DNA from: a virus
Taxonomy: Duplodnaviria; Heunggongvirae; Uroviricota; Caudoviricetes
Strand: one strand, 5' to 3'
Length of the DNA stretch: 29,429 nucleotides
Virus record (IMG/VR): IMGVR_UViG_2698536379_000013
Part shown: in pieces, positions 1 through 8,137 of the stretch
Layout: every line of letters begins with the position of its first letter
How positions within the stretch are numbered: position 1 is the first letter of the stretch
Program-made: the position numbers and the translations under genes
Notes under the pieces: generated by a model
What the model was told of the DNA's origin: nothing
Seen by the model: only the letters and a program-made list of their open reading frames with translations
Database searches by the model: none

Positions 1-1288
1 ATCTGTATTGCTGTGAGATATCACTGGTTGCCACACGCCACGCTGAATTACTGATATGTTCAAAATTTACAGACAAAACCTGCGGGGCAGGAATCGACGG
101 GTCTGACTGAACGGCATCAGACATAACACTGACTGAAACCATCGGCTGATTAGGGAATGGTATAGGGAAGTGTCCACTGATAAAGCGGGTCGTGTTTCCT
201 GAAAAAGTGCCAAACTGAACAATATATCCACCTGGTAGCCTGAACCATCCCGAACCAGAAGCGAATGCTCCCATATCCGGTATCTGATTATCTCCTGTGC
301 CCACATCCCTTTTCGCCGCTTCTCCCAAACCAAGGTATGCGAGAAGACCAGCGACATCCTTTCCACTCAAATTAGTCAGCGTATTGTCCAGCGGTTGTTT
401 ACCTGCCAGCGCATTAAGCATTGTCGTGGCAAAGTTCGGATCATTCCCCAACGCCGACGCCAGTTCGTTCAGTGTATCCAGTGCCGCAGGTGCAGAACCT
501 ACCATTGCTGCAATCGCCGATTTCACAAAAGCCGTGGTGGCAATCTGTGTATTGTTGACCGACTGTGCAGCAGTGGGGGCTGTTGGCGTTCCGGTGAGTG
601 CCGGACTCGACAACGGCGCTTTCAGTGCCAGCGCATTGTTAATGGTGGTACTGAAATTCGGATCATTGTTAATGGCTGCGGCTATTTCTTTCAGCGTGTC
701 CAGCGTGGCTGGCGCACCATTAATAAGAGCCGTCAGTGCCGCCTGAACAAACGCGGTGGTCGCAACCTGCGTGGTGTTATTCCCTGCCGCTGGAGTTGGC
801 GCTTTTGGTGTCCCGGTAAACGTCGGACTTTCTTTGGGTGCATACTGTGAATGCGGGTCCGGTGCGGCAAGATGTTTTGCCATCTGATCATCCACGTACA
901 CCTTCAGCTCCAGTACCTTGTCATCCACATACTTGCGGGTTGCCAGCACTACGGCAGGGTCGATTTTCAGGGTGATATTGTCCGTGCTGCTGGTAATCAG
1001 CACCATGCGCACGGTCTGGGTACGCCCGCTGCCTTCAGCCAGTTGCGGCTTATAGCTTTCCGGGCAGTTGCCCACGGCAATCAATGCCCCGGACTCATCA
1101 AACAGGCCCACTTCACGTATCCACCAACCGCCCTCGTTTTCAGGGATCACCTGTTCAGCAATAATCTGGCTGCTGTTCTGCGGGTCGATATAGAGCATAT
1201 TCAGCGCAGCCCGGCGTTTCTCATTTACCAATGCTGTCTGCTTGGCGTCCGGCGTTGGCAATGTTCCGCCGCCATCGCCCACCGCCAT
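1..1288 (-). CDS. Second tail-fibre ORF (H2), partial: region identical to H residues 32-352 followed by a different C-terminal domain; runs off the left edge
   Basis: Hand translation of the minus strand in the H frame of repeat copy 1: TAA at 1334-1336, ATG at 1288 (MAVGDGGG...), then open to position 1 with a novel C-terminus (...GTGDNQIPDMGAFASGSGWFRLPGGYIVQFG...). No recognisable SD before the ATG. Absent from the ORF track because no stop lies inside the window. Confidence 0.45.
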   Translation of the reverse strand, partial: MAVGDGGGTLPTPDAKQTALVNEKRRAALNMLYIDPQNSSQIIAEQVIPENEGGWWIREVGLFDESGALIAVGNCPESYKPQLAEGSGRTQTVRMVLITSSTDNITLKIDPAVVLATRKYVDDKVLELKVYVDDQMAKHLAAPDPHSQYAPKESPTFTGTPKAPTPAAGNNTTQVATTAFVQAALTALINGAPATLDTLKEIAAAINNDPNFSTTINNALALKAPLSSPALTGTPTAPTAAQSVNNTQIATTAFVKSAIAAMVGSAPAALDTLNELASALGNDPNFATTMLNALAGKQPLDNTLTNLSGKDVAGLLAYLGLGEAAKRDVGTGDNQIPDMGAFASGSGWFRLPGGYIVQFGTFSGNTTRFISGHFPIPFPNQPMVSVSVMSDAVQSDPSIPAPQVLSVNFEHISNSAWRVATSDISQQYR

Positions 1289-1334
1289 ATGGGTAATTTT
1301 TAGCGGCACACCGAGCGCGGCGGCGCTGGCAAGT
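319..1334. repeat. Direct repeat copy 1 (1016 bp, identical to 1704-2719)
   Basis: Base-by-base comparison of the two stretches; ORF track shows identical translations for plus-strand ORF pairs offset by exactly 1385 bp. Confidence 0.95.
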
Positions 1335-2766
1335 TATTAAGACCGGGTTCGTCCGTTTTAACTATTCCCCCGTCACCGTATGTAGCCAGTATTCCTGGGT
1401 TTACTCCTTCCCGTGCACTTCCTGCGGCGAGTCCGTCCCCTGTCCATAATTCCATATAGTGTGCATGGTCCAAAATTGTGTGTGGCTGCCAATTAAGCAA
1501 AGCGCGACCAGTATCAATCCCGCGACTGTCATCCCAGCCACGAATAAATTCACCGCGTAAATCAGGCAATTTATTGGTCGGGTAAGCCTTTGCCAGTTCC
1601 GGGTATTCTTCAGCAGAAAAAGCCGCACCGTTGCATTTCAGCCAGCCTGTTGGCGGAGTGGCGGAAGGCCACGGAACAGGCACACCAACGGGTAATGCCG
1701 AACCTTCTCCCAAACCAAGGTATGCGAGAAGACCAGCGACATCCTTTCCACTCAAATTAGTCAGCGTATTGTCCAGCGGTTGTTTACCTGCCAGCGCATT
1801 AAGCATTGTCGTGGCAAAGTTCGGATCATTCCCCAACGCCGACGCCAGTTCGTTCAGTGTATCCAGTGCCGCAGGTGCAGAACCTACCATTGCTGCAATC
1901 GCCGATTTCACAAAAGCCGTGGTGGCAATCTGTGTATTGTTGACCGACTGTGCAGCAGTGGGGGCTGTTGGCGTTCCGGTGAGTGCCGGACTCGACAACG
2001 GCGCTTTCAGTGCCAGCGCATTGTTAATGGTGGTACTGAAATTCGGATCATTGTTAATGGCTGCGGCTATTTCTTTCAGCGTGTCCAGCGTGGCTGGCGC
2101 ACCATTAATAAGAGCCGTCAGTGCCGCCTGAACAAACGCGGTGGTCGCAACCTGCGTGGTGTTATTCCCTGCCGCTGGAGTTGGCGCTTTTGGTGTCCCG
2201 GTAAACGTCGGACTTTCTTTGGGTGCATACTGTGAATGCGGGTCCGGTGCGGCAAGATGTTTTGCCATCTGATCATCCACGTACACCTTCAGCTCCAGTA
2301 CCTTGTCATCCACATACTTGCGGGTTGCCAGCACTACGGCAGGGTCGATTTTCAGGGTGATATTGTCCGTGCTGCTGGTAATCAGCACCATGCGCACGGT
2401 CTGGGTACGCCCGCTGCCTTCAGCCAGTTGCGGCTTATAGCTTTCCGGGCAGTTGCCCACGGCAATCAATGCCCCGGACTCATCAAACAGGCCCACTTCA
2501 CGTATCCACCAACCGCCCTCGTTTTCAGGGATCACCTGTTCAGCAATAATCTGGCTGCTGTTCTGCGGGTCGATATAGAGCATATTCAGCGCAGCCCGGC
2601 GTTTCTCATTTACCAATGCTGTCTGCTTGGCGTCCGGCGTTGGCAATGTTCCGCCGCCATCGCCCACCGCCATATGGGTAATTTTTAGCGGCACACCGAG
2701 CGCGGCGGCGCTGGCAAGTTTCGCCGCGCCAATATCCGTCAGCAGGGTATAAAATTTTGTGCTCAT
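1300..2766 (-). CDS. Tail fibre protein (P2 gpH-like) with tail-collar-type C-terminal domain
   Basis: 488 aa, ATG start. N-terminus (MSTKFYTLLTDIGAAKLA...MAVGDGGG...ESYKPQLAEGSGRTQTVRMV) matches recalled P2 H N-terminal region; Ala/Thr-rich repeats; C-terminal PWPSATPPTGWLKCNGAAFSAEEYPELAKAY...LPDLRGEFIRG is a tail-collar-like motif. Confidence 0.9.
   Translation of the reverse strand: MSTKFYTLLTDIGAAKLASAAALGVPLKITHMAVGDGGGTLPTPDAKQTALVNEKRRAALNMLYIDPQNSSQIIAEQVIPENEGGWWIREVGLFDESGALIAVGNCPESYKPQLAEGSGRTQTVRMVLITSSTDNITLKIDPAVVLATRKYVDDKVLELKVYVDDQMAKHLAAPDPHSQYAPKESPTFTGTPKAPTPAAGNNTTQVATTAFVQAALTALINGAPATLDTLKEIAAAINNDPNFSTTINNALALKAPLSSPALTGTPTAPTAAQSVNNTQIATTAFVKSAIAAMVGSAPAALDTLNELASALGNDPNFATTMLNALAGKQPLDNTLTNLSGKDVAGLLAYLGLGEGSALPVGVPVPWPSATPPTGWLKCNGAAFSAEEYPELAKAYPTNKLPDLRGEFIRGWDDSRGIDTGRALLNWQPHTILDHAHYMELWTGDGLAAGSAREGVNPGILATYGDGGIVKTDEPGLNNLPAPPRSVCR
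1704..2719. repeat. Direct repeat copy 2 (1016 bp, identical to 319-1334)
   Basis: Same as copy 1; period 1385 bp, unique spacer 1335-1703 (369 bp). Confidence 0.95.
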
Positions 2767-3368
2767 GGATTCACTCTCATTGTGTCAATAACATGGACCG
2801 CCCCGCCTTCATGCGCGGTGCCGCCGGAAATAATTGTTTCGTTGATATACGGATAGATCGTGATTTCTTCGCCAAGATAGCTGGCGGCCCCCACCCAATG
2901 CGGACCGCTGGTCTGCAGATTGATGGACATGCCGATCATGTGACGGCTACATGGTTTGGCATCGCTTATCAGCCGCTCAAGTTCCAGATAGGTATCTTCA
3001 GTGATGCCCTGGTCCTGCACGCCGATATCCAGGCGAAACGTGCCCGGTGTTTCTCCGGTCTGCCACCACTCAATAATGCGGATCAGGAATCCGAACGGTT
3101 CCACCACCCGCCGCACGGCACTGGTAGTTCCTTTATGCTGATGAATATAAAAAGCATCCTTCACTACCTGGCGTTTGACGCTTTCTGTCCAGCCCTCGTC
3201 CCAGCGATCCACAGAGAACGCCCAGGCGAGATAAGGCAGGAAGCTGACCGGACAGGTAGCCGGATTCCACAAGTCACGCAGCGGCACCTGCAGATCAGAA
3301 ATCCCGCTACAGGTTTGCGCCAGTCGGCGCTCCAGTGAAGTTGAACCCGGTGGCAGCAGACTATTCAT
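2763..3368 (-). CDS. Baseplate protein (P2 gpI-like)
   Basis: 201 aa, ATG start, overlaps H start by 4 nt; position between J and H; N-terminal LLPPGSTSLERRL resembles recalled P2 gpI. Confidence 0.8.
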   Translation of the reverse strand: MNSLLPPGSTSLERRLAQTCSGISDLQVPLRDLWNPATCPVSFLPYLAWAFSVDRWDEGWTESVKRQVVKDAFYIHQHKGTTSAVRRVVEPFGFLIRIIEWWQTGETPGTFRLDIGVQDQGITEDTYLELERLISDAKPCSRHMIGMSINLQTSGPHWVGAASYLGEEITIYPYINETIISGGTAHEGGAVHVIDTMRVNP

Positions 3369-4269
3369 CCGTTCCTCCGTTGGTTACGCTCCACTGCGTA
3401 CATGATGCCGCCTGTGTTTTGTTCAGGACCACATCCGCCAGCGGAGAAGCCAGTTCCACACGTTGAACACCCTCAACATGCAGAGCAGCAAAGATGGCGC
3501 TACGGCGAATATCCCGACCAAGCCTCGTCTGGCTGGCAATGTACTTCTGCAGACTGGCTTTTGCCGCTGCCATTACCGGCTCTGCTTCCGGTCCCGGATA
3601 GAGAAAAATGGTGGCTTCCACGCGATACGGGATGATTTCTGCGCTGCGAACCGTAAGACGGTCAGCCACCGGGCGGACGTTCTCACTGTTCAGAGCTTTT
3701 TCCACCACGTCCAGCAGGTCTTTTTCTGCAGTTCCATCGCCTTCGCGGCTAAGGACAGTCAGCACCACCTCTGCAGGTGCCGGGCTGGTTGCACTGGCAT
3801 CCGCCACCCGACCGTCGGCGCTTCGGGCATGAAATTCATAAGCTGCAGTTGGCCCCGCAACTGAAAGCCCTTCAAAGGCTGCAGGCACACGCAGGCGTAA
3901 CGCTTCATCGCTTTCCATCACAGCTGCAACGGGCGGCACAGCGTCATTATCAGCAGGCGTCACCGTCAGGCGTTTCACGTTGTAGTTGGCGGCGAGCTGG
4001 TCCAGATCGCCCCCTATGGCATAAGCCACCATCACCGCCTGCGCGGCTTCGTTAATGCGCTGGCGCAGAAGCAACTCACGGTAAGCATTCTCCTGCAACA
4101 ATTTGGTGACGGGTTCAGATTCCAGTTCCAGCGTGCGGATCACTGCTTCCTGCTCATCTTTCGGATGAAGCGCCACAAATTCTGCCTTGCGTTCGGCAAG
4201 CAGCGTCTCAAAGTCCGGCACATCCACAATCTGCGGCGCAGGCAACTGCGAAAGGTCAATCACTGCCAT
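3361..4269 (-). CDS. Baseplate assembly protein J (P2 gpJ-like)
   Basis: Strong resemblance to recalled P2 gpJ (IDLSQLPAP..., LELESEPVTKLL, RSADGRVAD, GRDIRRSAIFAALHVEGVQRVELASPLADVVL). Start set to ATG 4269 (MAVIDLSQ) with GGAG 6 nt upstream; the ORF-track start at 4308 is a GTG extension. Confidence 0.9.
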   Translation of the reverse strand: MAVIDLSQLPAPQIVDVPDFETLLAERKAEFVALHPKDEQEAVIRTLELESEPVTKLLQENAYRELLLRQRINEAAQAVMVAYAIGGDLDQLAANYNVKRLTVTPADNDAVPPVAAVMESDEALRLRVPAAFEGLSVAGPTAAYEFHARSADGRVADASATSPAPAEVVLTVLSREGDGTAEKDLLDVVEKALNSENVRPVADRLTVRSAEIIPYRVEATIFLYPGPEAEPVMAAAKASLQKYIASQTRLGRDIRRSAIFAALHVEGVQRVELASPLADVVLNKTQAASCTQWSVTNGGTDE

Positions 4270-4615
4270 TCTCTGCTCCTGTTGATACGGAAAGGGAAAC
4301 AGGCACACCGTTATTACGCCGCCCGGTCAGCTCCACCACCATTGAACCGTCAAAATTGCTGTTAATGGTGATGGAATCCAGCGTCAGCCGTGGCTCCCAG
4401 CGACTCAGCGCCACATACACTGCCGACATGACCTGCAGGCGTAATGCCGGATTTTGTGGCTGGTCTATCAGTGCCGACAGCAGGGAACCATATTCCCGAC
4501 GGGCAATGCGGCTACCCTGCGGCGTCAGCAAAATGTCCCGCACCGACTGGCGCAGATGATCAATATCAGTAATGGCTTTACCGCTGGTATTGTTCATCCC
4601 GCTATAAAGCGTCAT
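4256..4615 (-). CDS. Baseplate assembly protein W (gp25-like)
   Basis: 119 aa, ATG start; resembles recalled P2 gpW (DIDHLRQSVRDILLTPQGSRIARREYGSLL...DQPQNPALRLQ). Confidence 0.85.
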   Translation of the reverse strand: MTLYSGMNNTSGKAITDIDHLRQSVRDILLTPQGSRIARREYGSLLSALIDQPQNPALRLQVMSAVYVALSRWEPRLTLDSITINSNFDGSMVVELTGRRNNGVPVSLSVSTGAENGSD

Positions 4616-5190
4616 ACCGGGCCTCCGGTTGTGTCGCCGCCTTTCAGGACGTCAGTATGCTGATGCGCATCAACCACGATCCCGTTAGAACTCATCGCTC
4701 CGCCGCCCTGGGTAACGCCACCATTGATCACCACTTCGCTGTTAATGCGCGTGCGGTCAGCCTCCAGTACAAACTCACTGGTTTTCATGGTGATGTTGTC
4801 AGCGGCCTCAATGACCATTGATTTGATGCCCCTGACATACCAGCGCCCGGTAGTGGGTTCGTATTCAAACCAGCCGCCGTCAGGATGTTCTGTCACGCAG
4901 GCGTCTGCCGACGTCGACGGTGGTGCGAACTGATTCGAATAGACAGCGGGCAGCGCAAAGGCAGTTTCCAGATTGCCGCCCAGACTCAGCAGCACCACCT
5001 GCTCACCTTCCGATGGTCGCCACCATGTGCGGGCATTCCCGGCACGCAGCGTCAGCCAGCTGATCCAGTTGGTTTCAAGCTCGCCCGTTTTCACCCGGCA
5101 AAGCCAGTTTTCCCGGTCCACTTCGGTGACTACACCAGTGCGGATCAGGTTGGTGATAAGGCGCATGATTTCGGTTAGTTGTGCGTTCAT
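4612..5190 (-). CDS. Baseplate spike / assembly protein V (P2 gpV-like)
   Basis: Aligns by eye to recalled P2 gpV from MNAQLTEIMRLITNLIRTG (LIRTGVVTEVD, RTWWRPSEGEQVV). Start set to ATG 5190; the track extension to 5298 is not homologous. Confidence 0.85.
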   Translation of the reverse strand: MNAQLTEIMRLITNLIRTGVVTEVDRENWLCRVKTGELETNWISWLTLRAGNARTWWRPSEGEQVVLLSLGGNLETAFALPAVYSNQFAPPSTSADACVTEHPDGGWFEYEPTTGRWYVRGIKSMVIEAADNITMKTSEFVLEADRTRINSEVVINGGVTQGGGAMSSNGIVVDAHQHTDVLKGGDTTGGPV

Positions 5191-5236
5191 AGGGTTAGGT
5201 TGCACGGACCTTGAATCTATGGCATCAATACGTCCT

Positions 5237-5254
5237 TGTGTGGTAAATGACACA
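5237..5254 (-). promoter_or_regulatory. TGT-N12-ACA dyad, candidate Ogr-type late promoter element upstream of V
   Basis: TGTgtggtaaatgacACA; centre lies 55.5 bp upstream of the V ATG, the same spacing as the dyad upstream of P. The P2 late-promoter dyad consensus is from memory. Confidence 0.45.
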
Positions 5255-5285
5255 AATACAATTCCAATCAAAGAAAGGTAAAAGA

Positions 5286-5816
5286 ATGAGCCATCCAATT
5301 GATTATTACGCTATAGAAGAACACGCAAGAATAATTGAGCAATTATGCTGTTCATCTGAATTTTATTTACAGCGTATATATTCCACACAGAAAGTATATG
5401 ATGGTTCTATAGTAACTGAATTTGAAATGGAGGAGTTATCGTACAACGGATGGTTGGAATATACCATTAGCAACAATCTTATTAGCCTTTGTACAAAACT
5501 ACGAATTCTCCAAGACACTAGTGAACATGAGTGGAACCCAGATTACTCACCTGAGAAAGAAGCATTTGAAGAACATGAAAATATACTTTTTGTTATAGAT
5601 GGTCATGTTAAAGATTCTATACGCGAATGCTGCAATAAAATTATTCACGCATTAAGTTTTGAGTTAACAAAAAAGACCGGCAAAAATGGAATAAAATATT
5701 GGGACGGTTCTATTATTGCTTCTGGGGTTCAAAACAAAAAAAACTGGAAAATTAAAATAGACCTTTTCCCTTTTTGCCAAAGCATAAAAAGTTATTTAAG
5801 TTTATTAAGAGCGTAA
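5286..5816 (+). CDS. Hypothetical protein (AT-rich insert between V and S), function unknown
   Basis: 176 aa from ATG 5286 (MSHPIDYY...), preceded by gaaagg SD-like sequence and a sigma70-like -10 (TACAAT 5257-5262). Opposite strand to the tail operon; visibly AT-rich; no recognisable motif. Confidence 0.6.
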   Translation: MSHPIDYYAIEEHARIIEQLCCSSEFYLQRIYSTQKVYDGSIVTEFEMEELSYNGWLEYTISNNLISLCTKLRILQDTSEHEWNPDYSPEKEAFEEHENILFVIDGHVKDSIRECCNKIIHALSFELTKKTGKNGIKYWDGSIIASGVQNKKNWKIKIDLFPFCQSIKSYLSLLRA

Positions 5817-5821
5817 ACATT

Positions 5822-6274
5822 CTAATTTTTCATCAATAAATACTTTAAAAGTAAATCTCTTACTTCATTTTCAGTATGTTCATTTAAACCCAGCAATTTT
5901 CGGGATGGATACTTAATGACTCCCCCCTTTGGACTGACGCGATCGCGCAGACCGTAGTGATGAACACGGGCAATACGCTGTACCTTACCTTCAAACTGTA
6001 CGCTGGCAGAATCCGCGCTGGCGGCAGTTCTCAGGTATTTTGTGGTGCGCAGCTTTGCAAACATCTGACGTTTGATGCGCCCCTTCTTGCTGCGTGCTGT
6101 TACCCTGCGCGGCTCATAACTGCTGCCATCTGGATTGCGCTGCATCCTGATATTCTGCTGCTGTGTCCGGCGCAGTTCCTGCGCCAGCTGGCGCATCATT
6201 CGGCTTCTTGCGGCTGGTTCCAGATTCGCCAGCAAAGCACTCAGCCAGTCGTCCACCTTCTGCAGTTCAGCCAC
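5822..6274 (-). CDS. Tail completion / virion morphogenesis protein (P2 gpS-like)
   Basis: 150 aa in the conserved position between R and V. Start codon is GTG at 6274, so the start is uncertain. The last ~25 codons lie in AT-rich sequence. Confidence 0.65.
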   Translation of the reverse strand: MAELQKVDDWLSALLANLEPAARSRMMRQLAQELRRTQQQNIRMQRNPDGSSYEPRRVTARSKKGRIKRQMFAKLRTTKYLRTAASADSASVQFEGKVQRIARVHHYGLRDRVSPKGGVIKYPSRKLLGLNEHTENEVRDLLLKYLLMKN

Positions 6275-6698
6275 GTTTCACCGTCCACATTTCTTCAGGT
6301 TCATCGGGTTCCGCTACTGCTTCAACGCTCGACACACTTCCGTCAGTGCTGACCAGCACACGTTCCGTCAGTTGCAGGTTGAGGCTGATATCACAGACAT
6401 CGTTGCGCAGAATATCCACCTCAAAGGTGAATAACTTTTCCCGTAACGCCGGATTATTGATGGCATCGGGCTGGTTATCACGCAGCCACAGCAAAACCGG
6501 GGCCATCAGCAGATTCTGGTCGCCGCTGAAATCCTCAATCACCACGTTGAGGGTATAACGGTACTCCCATGACATGGAGCTGGCCCCCGTGGCAACCAGC
6601 GAACCGTTATCCACAAACAGATGCAGCTTATCCGGGTTATTGCGGACATAAGGCACTGCTTTATTGAGGGCGTGGCGCAGGGATTGTGGTTTGTTCAC
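6267..6698 (-). CDS. Tail completion protein R (P2 gpR-like)
   Basis: Resembles recalled P2 gpR (KPQSLRHALNKAV..., FVDNGS, RYTLNVVIEDFSGD, WLRDNQPD). Start set to GTG 6698 with AGGAG 7 nt upstream; the track start at 6719 is TTG. Confidence 0.75.
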   Translation of the reverse strand: MNKPQSLRHALNKAVPYVRNNPDKLHLFVDNGSLVATGASSMSWEYRYTLNVVIEDFSGDQNLLMAPVLLWLRDNQPDAINNPALREKLFTFEVDILRNDVCDISLNLQLTERVLVSTDGSVSSVEAVAEPDEPEEMWTVKRG

Positions 6699-6951
6699 TG
6701 TTTCGCTCCTGACACGCAATAATCATGTCCACTTTGTCTGCACAGACCGCCCAGGCGGCCTCCGTTTCATCCAGCAATGCGTTCAGATCACCGTTAGTGC
6801 GCGGCGCTGCCTGCTCCAGCCGACACGGCGTCACTCGCGGACAACCACTGACGGTAAGCTGCACCTCCGGTGAGTGCCGGACGTTCCCGCAGCCGGATAA
6901 TGTCAGCAGGCAAAGGAGTATCAGCCCAGCGGCGTAAATCCTCGTTCTCAC
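6661..6951 (-). CDS. Outer-membrane spanin lipoprotein (LysC/Rz1-like), overlapping lysB and R
   Basis: N-terminal signal peptide with lipobox LSGC; ORF embedded out of frame in lysB 3-prime end, typical Rz1 architecture. GTG start, so start is uncertain. Confidence 0.55.
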   Translation of the reverse strand: MRTRIYAAGLILLCLLTLSGCGNVRHSPEVQLTVSGCPRVTPCRLEQAAPRTNGDLNALLDETEAAWAVCADKVDMIIACQERNSEQTTIPAPRPQ

Positions 6952-7222
6952 GTTTCAGTTCCTCGATCCGGTGTTGTCGTTGTCTCAGCAGCGCGCTGGT
7001 CTGTTCTGCTTCGGCATAGAGCCGCGCCTGCTCCCGGTTATTGGTTTCAGCCAGAATGGACAGACTGATCAGCTGGCTATTTTTCTTCGTTAGTTCGTGC
7101 GCTTTACTTTTCAGCGCCGCGCGCTGCGTTTCGATGGTGTGGCTGGCGCTGTTAAGCCGCCACGACTGCCAGCCCAGCGCAACGAGTGCCAGCGCCGCCA
7201 CTACCGCCAGCGCACGCGTCAT
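6794..7222 (-). CDS. Inner-membrane spanin (LysB/Rz-like)
   Basis: 142 aa, N-terminal TM helix (ALAVVAALALVALGW) then charged coiled-coil-like region; ATG overlaps the endolysin stop (ATGA). Confidence 0.75.
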   Translation of the reverse strand: MTRALAVVAALALVALGWQSWRLNSASHTIETQRAALKSKAHELTKKNSQLISLSILAETNNREQARLYAEAEQTSALLRQRQHRIEELKRENEDLRRWADTPLPADIIRLRERPALTGGAAYRQWLSASDAVSAGAGSAAH

Positions 7223-7734
7223 AATCCAGCTCCTTTAAGGCACCAGGCCATCTCCCGCGCACGGCGGTTATCCAGCCCCTGATTAAACACACCTTTCACA
7301 TAAACCCAGCGCGGCAACTGTCGGCACGCTTCTGCCCAGCGCCGCTGATTGAGCAATTTCACCAGCGTAGAACTGCAGGCATTGCCCGTTCCCACGTTGA
7401 AGGCAAACGACACCGTAGCGTCATATACCTTCTGCGGCGGCTGTTGCTTCACACACCTTTCCAGCGCCCGCTCCACACGCAGCACGTTGGAAATAAGCCC
7501 TTCTGCTGCCTGTCGTTCCGTGATTGTTTTGCCGGGAATGACGCCCGACGTATTTCCAATGCCGTCGGTCCAGACACCCGCGCTGCACTGATACGGCTGC
7601 AGACGACAACCTTCGTAATCGGCAATCAGTTTCAGCCCCTCCACGGAGGTGTGAAGCTGCTGAAACCCCGGCAGCGTGGCAGCAATAGCCAGCACGGCCC
7701 CGACAAGGCAGCGTTTAACGATTGATGGATTCAT
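7219..7734 (-). CDS. Endolysin, lysozyme family, with SAR-like hydrophobic N-terminus
   Basis: 171 aa; GGGAGG SD; lysozyme-like motifs (EGLKLIADYEGCRL...DGIGNTSG); N-terminal Gly/Ala-rich hydrophobic segment LVGAVLAIAATLPG. Confidence 0.85.
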   Translation of the reverse strand: MNPSIVKRCLVGAVLAIAATLPGFQQLHTSVEGLKLIADYEGCRLQPYQCSAGVWTDGIGNTSGVIPGKTITERQAAEGLISNVLRVERALERCVKQQPPQKVYDATVSFAFNVGTGNACSSTLVKLLNQRRWAEACRQLPRWVYVKGVFNQGLDNRRAREMAWCLKGAGL

Positions 7735-7930
7735 AGTCCTCCCGCGAAATCTGCCCGTCGCGCAGAAGCTGGTAGGCTTTGTGTTTGTAGTACCAGTTGA
7801 TAGCCAGCATCAGCACACCAATCATCAGGCCGCCCAGCGTTGAGGCATCCTTGATGGACAAATCGCCCAGCCAGGCCAGCACGACGGCGATGCAATACGT
7901 GATAAAGGCGCTGATTCGCTCAAGCGTCAT
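7715..7930 (-). CDS. Holin (small, two predicted TM segments, pinholin-like)
   Basis: 71 aa, ATG start, two hydrophobic segments and a charged C-terminus, immediately upstream of the endolysin. Confidence 0.65.
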   Translation of the reverse strand: MTLERISAFITYCIAVVLAWLGDLSIKDASTLGGLMIGVLMLAINWYYKHKAYQLLRDGQISREDYESINR

Positions 7931-7933
7931 AAT

Positions 7934-8137
7934 TCAGTCCCATAGCTGGACGGTCTGCACGGTGGTGGTTGTCGGAATGTCCGGCAGCTCCACCTGCAGC
8001 CCGTGAGGTAAAAAGGGGCCGTATTCGGCAAGCCCCGGATTTGCCTTCAGTACCTGCTCCGTGACACCCTGCGTGCGCCCGTAATGACGCCAGCAAAGTG
8101 CGTCCACCGTGTCATACTGATGCGCACGCACTTTCAT
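7934..8137 (-). CDS. Tail protein X (P2 gpX-like, LysM-like)
   Basis: 67 aa; close resemblance to recalled P2 gpX (DTVDALCWRHYGRTQGVTEQVLKANPGLAEYGPFLPHG...ELPD). Confidence 0.85.
   Translation of the reverse strand: MKVRAHQYDTVDALCWRHYGRTQGVTEQVLKANPGLAEYGPFLPHGLQVELPDIPTTTTVQTVQLWD

Noticed and set aside
67-366. Minus-strand 99-aa ORF at the left edge
   Set aside because: Different frame from the continuation of the second tail-fibre ORF, which is the frame that stays open across the whole region; likely a shadow ORF.
297-2688. Plus-strand ORFs of 149-166 aa inside the tail-fibre repeat (297-746, 395-850, 851-1303 and their duplicates at 1631-2131, 1780-2235, 2236-2688)
   Set aside because: Antisense to the tail-fibre coding frame in GC-rich sequence; Arg/Cys-rich or Ala/Ser-rich low-complexity translations; they exist twice only because the DNA is duplicated.
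319-2719. Diversity-generating retroelement (template/variable repeat) explanation for the tail-fibre repeat
   Set aside because: The two copies are identical rather than differing at adenines, the repeat is about 1 kb rather than about 100 bp, and no reverse transcriptase gene is present in the window.
319-2719. Mu/P1-type invertible tail-fibre segment
   Set aside because: The repeats are direct, not inverted, and no Gin/Cin-type invertase gene is seen nearby.
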